DNA of 53,562 bases, the filler included, from Stramenopiles sp. TOSAG23-6 (lineage: Eukaryota): the NCBI GenBank assembly GCA_900128565.1. It is 3 parts of 3 records of this genome, joined end to end, with 100 filler letters (N's around TTAATTAATTAA, not from the genome) between each part and the next. Parts side by side here need not be neighbours in the genome. Positions count along the whole stretch, not along the records: positions 1 to 17,830 come from LT636073.1; positions 17,931 to 35,702 come from LT636074.1; 1 more part is not named here. One strand, 5' to 3'. A model generated the notes under the pieces. The model was not told the DNA's origin and ran no database searches. It saw only the letters and a list, made by a program, of their open reading frames with translations. This document shows, one piece after another, positions 12,401-20,122 of this stretch. Both the position numbers and the translations under genes were made by a program. Numbering within the stretch: position 1 is the first letter of the stretch; every line of letters starts with the position of its first letter.

Positions 12401-15400
12401 ACTTCTTTTTCAGCGACTTTAAGTGCATTTATTGCATTTTTCATTATTCTTTCTTTATCAAGATCTTCTTCGTCAACCATATTAGCTTTTTCCATTTTCT
12501 TTTGAGCTTTACTTAATAATATATCCACATTATTTTTACTTTCATTGAATGGGATGAGCTCTACATTAATTTGCTTGATTCTATCCTCATATAGTGAACA
12601 TTGTAAATAATCTGACTTTTGCATCAAAATTTCTATTACTCGCTTTCGTCTCTCCAATTCAGCACTTGCAGCATATACGCAGAGACTCATGGCGCGTAGA
12701 GCACAAGGAACGACACGTTTCTCATTAAGGTTTGTTTCTTTTGCGAAAAATCTCGACTTCAGTATTTCTATATTATCTGATACATTGTTTTCAAAGGCAG
12801 TAGCTAAATTTGGTGCATCCCCAGGAAGCATCCATTCCTTAACATTCCCTTCGGGGATATTATTTAGCAATGTTTTGTACATTTCTTTGTCTTCTTGTTC
12901 AGCTCGCCTTGCAATATTTGTTAAATCCTTTAAAACTTTAAATGCCTCTTCCGCATTTTTCTTTAATGTCTCAATTCCTTTACGTTCTTTTTTCAGCATA
13001 CTTGCTCGGATCCGTTTGGATTTTGCGAACTTGGTTAAACGTCGAATTATAATATGAGATGATTGATCTTTTTCTGTCTTATCTTTCTTACTTTCGTGGA
13101 AGGCTTGATTCACTTTCTTGGTAGCTTCTACAGCTGCAATTTTCCCACNCTTTTCCATCTCTAAGGCCACAGACGCTTTGGATTCCAGCTGTAAATATGT
13201 CTCACGCGCATCTCGCAAATTTTGTTTTGACAAAATCATGTGTTTGTAAGATTTTTTCCATTTATCATGCGATTTTAATAGAATATCCCATTTTGTTTTA
13301 TGGTTTTTGTGTAACAAGAATCGTTTTCTTTTAGCCTCGATATCGAGTTTGTCATTTTGTACTGAGGCTTCTACATCACTACGAGCGTACATTTCTGATA
13401 TGTACCTCATTGCAAGCATAAAACCCGGTGATTGAGTTAATCCACTTCCTGTAAACTCGCTCAATGAAATTAACTGTACACTCCTAATTTCTTTATTGAA
13501 CGTATCGGTTTTTCCCACACCGTTTTCTTCGAGATCATTTGTTATATGGTTTAAATGCATCGCCGGTTCCACATTATATTGAGAAAGCTCTACTAAACAT
13601 TTAGAACTCTCGCGTACCACATGGTCAAATTGTTTCTGTAACTCTATTTTTTCCTCCATTGTAATTTTCGCCTTTGCTTTAGATTTTCCAAGTGAGCGAC
13701 GCGCAATCATCTTTTTATGTTTTGCAATTTTTGCTTCGCTTTCTGCTTTCCCCAATTCGATTATATGCGCANCCTTCAATGCTTTAGTAGGAATGTAGTC
13801 GATTGCTACTAACGCTGCAAATATTTTATCCTTTTCACTACTTAGACGCGATACTTTCTTTAGGTCTAATTCTTGATTTTCAATCAATATTTGTAATTCT
13901 GAGAGTAATCCTTTAGCTGTCTCTGCTCGTTGTTCTGCTTCAAATCCCAATCTTGCGACGTTTTGAGCATCTTGAAAATGTAATAATCTTTGTTCTGCTT
14001 CTGATTTTGATTTTTCCATTCTTGAAATTTCGTTGTTCGTAAGTTTTAGTAATTCAGTATAATTCTCTAATTTCTTTAATCGTTTTTGTTCCGTCTCTTC
14101 AGAAATAAGTTCGTTTAAGATAAGACGTTTTTTCACCAATTTGTCTCTAATTTGTCTCATATTATTTTGTGAATGAATTAATTGTTCTGTTGCCTCTTTA
14201 TTTGCCGCCTCAGCTTTGGCCAGTGCTTTTCTGTGAGTACTTAAGAGAGACATCTTTATATTAACCCTTTTGAATACTTTAGAAAAACGTTGGAAATTCA
14301 ATTTTGATTTGGACCTTTCTCTATTTCCACTTTTTACTGGAGTTTTAGCTTCATCTGTGACAATTTCAGATGTGTCTATTTGANCAACCGAGTTTTCGTT
14401 TTCGAGTTCTTCTTCATCGGCGTCTACATTTTTCTCTTTCGCAACATCAACATTTGCAGCTGCATCCATTACATTATTCGATGTCTCTAAAACCTTTTCT
14501 TTGGCAAACTTATATACAATTTCTGCATCTTCAAAAGCTCGCTGCAATTTTTTTACAATTGGGCGAAGTTTCGACAACCTCAAAGTTCGTTTTGAAATAT
14601 CAAAAGGCAAGAAGTCATCCTTAATACGGTTGTAAGCCGTAACTAGCTTTTCATATAATTGTGTTTTTTTCAAGTTTCCAAGATTATCATCATTGTTTCC
14701 ATTGACTTCAATTGTTTTGTTATTCCTTTCTACATCATTGTCACTGTTATCCGAATCAGAACTTGAATCATCCTCAGAGCCATCAGCAGCACTGTTAATC
14801 GCACCCATTGTACCATGTATATCATTGTATGCTTTTTCGGCCGCAGACTTTGCAACTTCAACTTTTGATTTGAGTATATCTAAATCATAATCAATTTGTT
14901 GAAGATTGCGAAGTTCTTTTAATTTTAGCTTGACATCGTTTTGATCTTGAAGTAATTTAATTACATCTAGCTTATGATTCCGAATCTCTAGTTCACGAGA
15001 TGCAATTTCCGCAGNCGTGAGCATTTCTTTAGAAATTTGGTCCACAAGGTGTCCTTCTTTCATTTGAGTNGTTTCTTCAATATCTTCTTGTTCAAACTGT
15101 AAATCATCTAACTTTTTTTCCAATGCATTAATTTTTTCTGATTCCAAGATTCTTATACGTCGCCGAGGAATATTGTAAAACTCGCGATCGTTGTTGAGCC
15201 GCACTGTAAATTTAGTTTGGACAATATTTGGGTTTAATGAATCAACGCCTACGATAAATCCANGACGCCAATCGCGGCGATATATTTCATTGTCGCTCTC
15301 TGGACGTTTATATGTTTCGGCATAAGGATCATCNTCAGTGATTACTAATGTTTTAGACAATAATTTCAGTTCTGCAATACTACTACCATCTTTTGTTTTT

Positions 15401-17805
15401 TTGATTTTACTTTTTTTTTTCTTATCATGATCAGATGTAACTCCATCAATGTTAGTATCCACAGGTACTTCCTTTAACTTTTTTTTACGGGCTTTTATCT
15501 TTGTCAAGGAGATTTCACCAAAGTCCTCGTCAGAAGAAGTTGCCATATCTTCTGCTTTTTTGATTTCTGCTTCTAATGCAGCAACCTTTGCTCTTTCTTC
15601 TTCCTTCTTCTTCAAATAAATGTTCCTTGCCTCCTCNGTGGGCATATTATCTAAAAGCATTTTCTCATTATTCTTTTTATTATCTGCTAGGCTCTTTGTC
15701 TTTTTCTCCGCCCTTTTCATTTTCTCAGCTTCTCTAGCCTCACGGAGTCTCTTCTTATCAAAGAAACGCATCCTAGCAGACTCCTCGAGCTTTAAAAGCA
15801 TATCAACTTCTGATGCACGTTTCCGCAGCAGGCGGCGCTTTTGACGGGCAGCGCGTCGCTGAATTTTACCTTCTCTAAGAATTTGTAGATAGGTAGTAAC
15901 AGCATTATTGTCATCTCCTTCTCTCAACTCTTGGAGCTTCTTTAGTTCGTCTTCCTTGCGCCTCTTACGAAAAGCAGATCGGCAAGCAATCCGAAATTTC
16001 TTATTCCTCGCCAATTTTCTAGCATTGTATCCTGCTCTTTCATTTTCTTCCATCCTTGCAATTCTATCTGACTCAAGCTGTTTCTCTTTAGCCTGTCGCA
16101 CAGAGCGTTTATTTAACTTTCGAGTATTGTCAACAACTCGGTCAGGTTTTACAATATCTTCGTCAGATTCGACATTTGAATCAGTATCAGAATCTTTATG
16201 TTCTTTTTCACTATTGGCTTCAACAAAAGAGTTTCCATTGACAATCTTTTCATCATGTTTTTTAGCTAGCTTCTTTTGTTTGTCTGATTCTTTCTTTAAT
16301 TTACTTTTATTAGTCCCGATATATTGTCCATCTTCATCTGGATCTTCATCAGAATCACCAAAACTTACTTCTACAAATGTTGCATCGTATGTAGCTCCTC
16401 GCCGTGGAAAAAGCATTCGTATATTTTTACCCATTCGCTCTCGGCGACGTTCATCGCGGAACCATTGTAATTCCTTTTCTCTATCGGTTTTATGCAAGGC
16501 TTTCAAATCAGCCCTTTTAGCCTTTGTTGCCGCATCTACCATTGCTTTGCGTTCAGCTTTGGATTTTTCCATTTCTCTAATACGATCAATGTTACGGACA
16601 TCTAATGACAATTGATCAGCTTCTATCATGAGCATTCGTCTTTCACTTAATGCAATGCGCATTTCCCGCGTTTCATATGATGCAGCAGTAAATCGGGCAT
16701 TACTTAATGTTCTTCGTGCTAAAGTTACGATTTCGAGTTCGGGTGATTCTCCTTCGACATTATCACTATTATTTATATTCAAATCTTTATCATTCACCTG
16801 ACTTAATACAAAGGCAAGTTGTTTCTCAGCCTTTTCTACAGCAACTCTAAGCGCATTCAGTTCAGCTACTTCTTTTTCAGACTCCATATCTACTTTTTCT
16901 CGTGCACGTGAGTGGGAAAATTCCACAGACATTAATATTTGTTCATACTGTCGCATCACCGCCTCTACAGCTCTATTGGAGGCACGATGGGCAATTGATA
17001 CAGACGACTTTGTTTCACGAATAATCTCTTTAATTCTTTGCTTCAGAGCTTTTGCATCTTCAGCTTCTTTGGCTTCCGCCTCAGCTACTCGACGAGCTTT
17101 TTCATCCGCTTCTTGTTTCTCCCGAGACTTCTTTTCTGCGATTTCGCGCGCATACTTATCTTTACTTTCCCATTCTTCAAGTTCTCTTTTTGCACTTTCC
17201 AAAAGCTTTTCAGCTTCAGCTTTATCGGGACCCTCTTTTGCCAGATTGAAGGCCTCTTTGGCTAATTTTACTCGTTTACGAGCCTGTCTCAAAGCTCTAG
17301 ATGCCAGTTTTGCATCAGTCTTGGCCATCTTTTCTTCCTCTTGTCTATGCAACGCCGCTTCAGCTATTTCACGTTGCATTTGCCGCTTTTTCATGCGTAG
17401 TTTTGCCGCATGTGCTCTCGCTAAAGTCTCTGCTTTTTTTTGGGCTTTCTTCTTTTTACGTTCTATTTCAGCCTGTTTTTCAGCAACCATTCGAAGCTTT
17501 TCCTCTTCTTCTCGTTCTTTTGCATCTATTTCATCTTGAATCCTTTTTTCTTCCCTTTGTTTTTCTCTCTCAGACTCTTGTATGCTAAGCAAGTTTTCTA
17601 ATTTTTGTAATTCCTTTGCAATCAATATCCGACGTCGGCGTTTTTTACTTCCTCCACCCATAGCTCCATCAAGTTTTCGACGTAATTCGAGTAGCTTTGC
17701 AGATAACTCAATAGGGGTCCAAGTTTTGTGCTTAATAATATTGTGTACACCAAGGTTTTTAATATTTTTTGTAGTTGAAATCCGGGATTTACTAATTGGT
17801 AACAC
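6412..17805 (-). CDS. Giant intronless coiled-coil protein with an EF-hand pair, IQ motif, ankyrin-like repeat and C-terminal PPR repeats (5' end truncated by gap)
   Basis: 11.4-kb ORF containing FDQLDEDKSGELDKNE and MDSSGDGSVTFEEF (EF-hands), LQRFVRGFIHRRR (IQ), ATELLLLRGASLD (ankyrin-like) and PKLTTYNSVLDACSRASQWKRAMSVF (PPR). Confidence 0.85.
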   Translation of the reverse strand: MLPISKSRISTTKNIKNLGVHNIIKHKTWTPIELSAKLLELRRKLDGAMGGGSKKRRRRILIAKELQKLENLLSIQESEREKQREEKRIQDEIDAKEREEEEKLRMVAEKQAEIERKKKKAQKKAETLARAHAAKLRMKKRQMQREIAEAALHRQEEEKMAKTDAKLASRALRQARKRVKLAKEAFNLAKEGPDKAEAEKLLESAKRELEEWESKDKYAREIAEKKSREKQEADEKARRVAEAEAKEAEDAKALKQRIKEIIRETKSSVSIAHRASNRAVEAVMRQYEQILMSVEFSHSRAREKVDMESEKEVAELNALRVAVEKAEKQLAFVLSQVNDKDLNINNSDNVEGESPELEIVTLARRTLSNARFTAASYETREMRIALSERRMLMIEADQLSLDVRNIDRIREMEKSKAERKAMVDAATKAKRADLKALHKTDREKELQWFRDERRRERMGKNIRMLFPRRGATYDATFVEVSFGDSDEDPDEDGQYIGTNKSKLKKESDKQKKLAKKHDEKIVNGNSFVEANSEKEHKDSDTDSNVESDEDIVKPDRVVDNTRKLNKRSVRQAKEKQLESDRIARMEENERAGYNARKLARNKKFRIACRSAFRKRRKEDELKKLQELREGDDNNAVTTYLQILREGKIQRRAARQKRRLLRKRASEVDMLLKLEESARMRFFDKKRLREAREAEKMKRAEKKTKSLADNKKNNEKMLLDNMPXEEARNIYLKKKEEERAKVAALEAEIKKAEDMATSSDEDFGEISLTKIKARKKKLKEVPVDTNIDGVTSDHDKKKKSKIKKTKDGSSIAELKLLSKTLVITXDDPYAETYKRPESDNEIYRRDWRXGFIVGVDSLNPNIVQTKFTVRLNNDREFYNIPRRRIRILESEKINALEKKLDDLQFEQEDIEEXTQMKEGHLVDQISKEMLTXAEIASRELEIRNHKLDVIKLLQDQNDVKLKLKELRNLQQIDYDLDILKSKVEVAKSAAEKAYNDIHGTMGAINSAADGSEDDSSSDSDNSDNDVERNNKTIEVNGNNDDNLGNLKKTQLYEKLVTAYNRIKDDFLPFDISKRTLRLSKLRPIVKKLQRAFEDAEIVYKFAKEKVLETSNNVMDAAANVDVAKEKNVDADEEELENENSVXQIDTSEIVTDEAKTPVKSGNRERSKSKLNFQRFSKVFKRVNIKMSLLSTHRKALAKAEAANKEATEQLIHSQNNMRQIRDKLVKKRLILNELISEETEQKRLKKLENYTELLKLTNNEISRMEKSKSEAEQRLLHFQDAQNVARLGFEAEQRAETAKGLLSELQILIENQELDLKKVSRLSSEKDKIFAALVAIDYIPTKALKXAHIIELGKAESEAKIAKHKKMIARRSLGKSKAKAKITMEEKIELQKQFDHVVRESSKCLVELSQYNVEPAMHLNHITNDLEENGVGKTDTFNKEIRSVQLISLSEFTGSGLTQSPGFMLAMRYISEMYARSDVEASVQNDKLDIEAKRKRFLLHKNHKTKWDILLKSHDKWKKSYKHMILSKQNLRDARETYLQLESKASVALEMEKXGKIAAVEATKKVNQAFHESKKDKTEKDQSSHIIIRRLTKFAKSKRIRASMLKKERKGIETLKKNAEEAFKVLKDLTNIARRAEQEDKEMYKTLLNNIPEGNVKEWMLPGDAPNLATAFENNVSDNIEILKSRFFAKETNLNEKRVVPCALRAMSLCVYAASAELERRKRVIEILMQKSDYLQCSLYEDRIKQINVELIPFNESKNNVDILLSKAQKKMEKANMVDEEDLDKERIMKNAINALKVAEKEVLGIDVLIKPLEIERLNLNQKLEAASIARVNRKKQVTTSSVEWAENFHKEIILEQRNKEKDSRGIISALVGKKWTKEDTMKRAAALALTASSPSAETDYWRVYNFNPFIETKDVIEYDQPISIPSESNPSSDSEGVLLIKASRLATKRRFEGVLAEVEYKKKISALRDEDIRSLNSMLKDAMLKHKNSQIKRDKADKLFQSQWKEEADASGEFKPLPDYDEFVVEERTDVSEVLVSLYNDLTDATRKMEDCFDDMDDIRTDLKVLQEEKWKEDLDTLKKQKELCEKNVSNSEHLIDKLRSFDNIWNNAQIKRLRENMDKSKAAMEACNKDKCTLQNYLDARIAALRPFGPMRSGDITPIEQAKIESELCARHSELECLVPAFIDAQEKYKKYFFKLRREAEIQSKDDDAIALVEKERKRVAQIVRRRRRAIRRRNRGPLPIWEEALASSEDDPSLSSDSDEEERHWVALMRIDLCEKEKQHKECLNMKRERVSMEREENRQRTVMKEIAFSEADTIRCEELKKEELRKRDENDKTLTEKELKKTLKERARDEKRKSQKAIQAEKKEKKRILNEQKNIREKEKRLDPLGIGFFNENGQAYSAIERKKLMMGKIRKLFDQLDEDKSGELDKNEVRKLAEALGEKLTGFLSNKKLNDAFSEMDSSGDGSVTFEEFTDWYLKNVAKGIREIGSENTEGYKRESMQEQLLREEKEAAERVIATNIAREEALQNELLIESYVIETAKTSLERHKMLLALATSAFEHKMVESSKAIFYDSSVFFKPNFAKQISEVTIQWKSNISIQSSNRIVFTLPCLSSAYDIIPCSISGSHGKDFSSAWYRNTHTLILVAKRGLFIPCNTEISVVIKRSNRLFPTGIAPANHGTMLWETEGRGKPWVRDKSGNAIPYKIRRKQLRKFLKAKQKDQNGNLENEDFSEATDTDNNNDESSSEEEGLVQNESKSEEEESSNSSSESENSNTDENLSAVASNNVRRLNKKQRKAKMKRRIKKRKLREENKPSKELKIMRGLVESEKLFVHCSTYHGDKDRIESTQIMRVNSVVDGDPLSDASDSDSEAGVTHGISVTRLETIKRTMRQMKDLDADKRMFMRQRWETMERQRHKALKSDRIEALIRADRMQILRERKQVARRCTSMVLFHWDLVKKVKGTMRPMRNLQRFVRGFIHRRRARYLRSVRKAQAAWHYYKARQRFQSMQGAVVALQCALSRGLVLNPRELCRAELVCKVWRAKIMSSEVQKSQWRPWFCRLAMSTGTDPAFLAPNITDNWKNCYSSVMIIRRLLCSTDGFAQKNKXWSQLDPKQHALRRAAANTTIGGTKASWNLWKPALVRKIIKMTHHAPRPEYLFSAPVMAAMGSVCWLDRLFRRAWQFPVAAFVATLLSRGLDPDTIVDGSRLLLKCIKWGCADATELLLLRGASLDASPPGHDEPYVLPREYVAQMAKWVKLQHMNIRKGLCKPSPGFGARADGILRIYAMMFGRLFSDTQKKHGSQKKIENIEDVEDINIDVPKKHTNLSPKQRSMKLRHAAMKCKQRWMRDGKHSSHELLVAVKNQIRQAETETSRVIQEREKIMEERIAKVIAASEAKTELADLSIKRHQITESTQLNYDRIKTNSNMIVSQRRVQLCQAKEKLVELEAEYLRFINQALSITEHLSLAESSGWRQRVTKCVEHVGELLQDKSNASHIAFAMRALGLQLPFASGKEXHTELQELRKRCIVYETKRNPAFRAQHSRVTRLKNDLASLEKLKNSQLAELRAKFVDERGDIDDAIQLASKRKKSNGVLQNRRVTNIEKEETERYTIAPDFIANLEVVRKITPTAHVTISDMVKARSLYLRILRDLCKTGKWRESMYVFNVMVQRDIRPDLSTFTAIISTCKYAKPPAADAAVGILWEMKRFQIQPKLTTYNSVLDACSRASQWKRAMSVFKALVNDDLSPNTATYDCLINMAMHAKIEDAPDLYNAMKLSGVPVAISYSAAMKLIQRGAHIELKM

Positions 17806-17830
17806 TTCAACCTTTTGGACAGATTCATTT

Positions 17831-17930
17831 NNNNNNNNNNNNNNNNNNNNNNNNNNNNNNNNNNNNNNNNNNNNTTAATTAATTAANNNNNNNNNNNNNN
17901 NNNNNNNNNNNNNNNNNNNNNNNNNNNNNN
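17831..17930. other. Assembly gap with TTAATTAATTAA linker (17875-17886)
   Basis: N-run interrupted by a 12-mer that has stops in all six frames, a typical contig-joining spacer. Confidence 0.9.
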
Positions 17931-17983
17931 TACGAAATTTCGTATGAAAAAAAAATTAAATTAGAAATTCATATAAAACATAC

Positions 17984-18397
17984 AGCATGCTCCTCGTAAA
18001 ACGCATATCGCCGGTATGAACTATATTGCCAGTATCCATTTCAAAAATCAATATACAAGCACCTGGGCAATGATTTGCATCAATTGGAGTCACTCTCGCA
18101 TTTGAAATTTCCACTGTCTCATTAAGATTTAATATCTTTATTCGCTTGGAATCAACTTTAAGCTCCGAGATTACTAAGGATGCAGTAATCGAAGTAGCAT
18201 AAATACAACAATCTTCTGGAAGCAAATTAAATTTTTCTCCTTTAAGTCCGTTATAGTGATCACCATGGAAATGCGTAAGAAAGTGTATACATATACCATT
18301 CCGTGGCAACTTAGATTCATTGAAACCATCCACGAGAAATCCACCACCTGGTGCTGATGAGCAGTTTACAACATGGCAGCTTCGTGATGAATTCATG
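17984..18397 (-). CDS. SNM1/DCLRE1-type metallo-beta-lactamase nuclease, first exon (truncated by gap)
   Basis: FLVDGF, HFLTHFHGDHYNGL, DANHCPGA and VHTGDMR motifs. A family intron starts at 17983. Confidence 0.85.
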
Positions 18398-18481
18398 GAA
18401 GTTGTGTACAATTTAATGGCATCCCCATATTCAACAATTCATGGAAGTTGTGTACAACTTTATGGCATCCCCACATTCAAC
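18390..18481. repeat. 46-bp near-perfect tandem duplication
   Basis: aattcatggaagttgtgtacaa...atggcatcccca.attcaac x2. Confidence 0.85.
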
Positions 18482-18972
18482 AAACACCGTGTTATTGCAA
18501 CGCTTTCTTAGTCCTCGAACTCCAGAGGTTGTGTTCGAAAAATTTCTGAATAGGAACACACCGACCGGACACGTGGAAACTTTTTTTTGCTATTTTTTTC
18601 GTAGTAACCGTTCGTTGTCAATGAAGAAATCTACAAAAAGTACAAATATGAAAAATATTGAAGACTATAATGATACAGTGAACACTTGGAATTTACCTTT
18701 ACGTCGTCGTGATTATTCAATTTATCTTCCAGTTACTATTGTGGCAAATTATTCAACATGGTTTACAATACACTAATGATGATGTGGTGAAAAGAAATAG
18801 TCTTCTGATAGAATCATTAAAAATCTTATTTGTAGATGTTTCAAAATAATTTAAAAGTTTATAAAAATAAACTTGGGGATATTACATTTTAACTTATAAC
18901 ACACAAATTCGTTTGGAAAAGAACTGACGGTACATTTTGTAATTATTTACTGTTAAAAATGTCTTTTCAAAA

Positions 18973-19983
18973 TTAGGTGATGACACAATTTGGAACTTCG
19001 CATTTTTGACAAATATGATTATCTTTTCTTTCTTGAAGGTGATGGTAGACAAACTTCTCTATATTATTTCCAGTTTTACTAATTTTTAGTGGTTCATTTT
19101 TGACAATGTAAGCTTCTGACTTTTTGTTATTTTGAACACCATTTACTTTGTTATTCTGAAGAGAATCAAATTGATCCCCGTTTGTCTTCATTAATATATC
19201 ACTAGAAATTTGTTTCTCTTCACTTTCAACGTTGAGGTTTTTGCTAAAACTTGTTTTTTGTTTTGTTTGAATTGTTGAATTCTGAGAACCCTTACTTTCA
19301 ACTAACTTCGATGAATGGTCAGATGATGTTTTTTTTTTAACTGTAGTCATAGAAGTTGTTTTCACTTGTGGAGTTTTTATCGTAGTAGTCTGTTCAAACA
19401 TCATGGCGAATGGACTTGATTGCTTTGCACCGGCATAATTAATATCAAATGCGTTGCAGTCACCAAAGGTATAATCTTCAGGACTTCCGGATACAAGAAG
19501 AAACTTTGAAGAGACAGATATAGAAGATAAACCTGATTTTTCAACTCGTGTATGATAAACTGCTTTTATGCGCTCTATACACGATCTATAGTCATGCATT
19601 GCAGTGTTATAGTCTGCAAAAGCAATTTTTACTGGCGCCGGATCAAATCCTTTTGCCAAATACTTTTCTAGATCCGACTTTATTTGTATTACGTCATGCT
19701 CAATATCGCTCATTTCAATCATAACTTTTGACCCTCTCGATGATATTTCATGCGTATGCCTTTCAGTACCAACTAAAGGCATAAACTTTTCGAGTACTTC
19801 CGTATGTGAAACAACTTTAGTTCGAGCTTGTCGAAGCTGCATCAATGTCCTTGTCCAAATCATTCGCTGACGAAAAGACCTCGGGGAGTGCCCATTGTAC
19901 ATTCTATAGCGTTTCTCTTTTATATTCTTTTTTTCATTTGATCTTTTTACTTCGTCAGTATGCATTCCTCGCCAAGTAGACAT
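18973..19983 (-). CDS. Hypothetical protein (336 aa)
   Basis: ATG-initiated intronless ORF divergent from the ATAD5-like gene. No family recognised. Confidence 0.6.
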   Translation of the reverse strand: MSTWRGMHTDEVKRSNEKKNIKEKRYRMYNGHSPRSFRQRMIWTRTLMQLRQARTKVVSHTEVLEKFMPLVGTERHTHEISSRGSKVMIEMSDIEHDVIQIKSDLEKYLAKGFDPAPVKIAFADYNTAMHDYRSCIERIKAVYHTRVEKSGLSSISVSSKFLLVSGSPEDYTFGDCNAFDINYAGAKQSSPFAMMFEQTTTIKTPQVKTTSMTTVKKKTSSDHSSKLVESKGSQNSTIQTKQKTSFSKNLNVESEEKQISSDILMKTNGDQFDSLQNNKVNGVQNNKKSEAYIVKNEPLKISKTGNNIEKFVYHHLQERKDNHICQKCEVPNCVIT

Positions 19984-20122
19984 TCGAATAACAAATATGT
20001 AATTTCCACTTCAATGTTACTTGTAAAGATATGAAAAACGCGAAGGATCGACAAAAAAAAACCCATAAAATAACGGATAATTTTGGATTTTTCGGTACCA
20101 GGTCACCCAGACCCAGGAAAAT

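Noticed and set aside
6824-17588. Many plus-strand ORFs opposite the giant gene
   Set aside because: They are antisense shadows of a K/E-rich coding strand and show no recognisable motifs.
17875-17886. TTAATTAATTAA as a biological motif (also at 35747-35758)
   Set aside because: It is embedded in N-runs and is an artificial six-frame-stop spacer. Gene adjacency across these gaps is unreliable.
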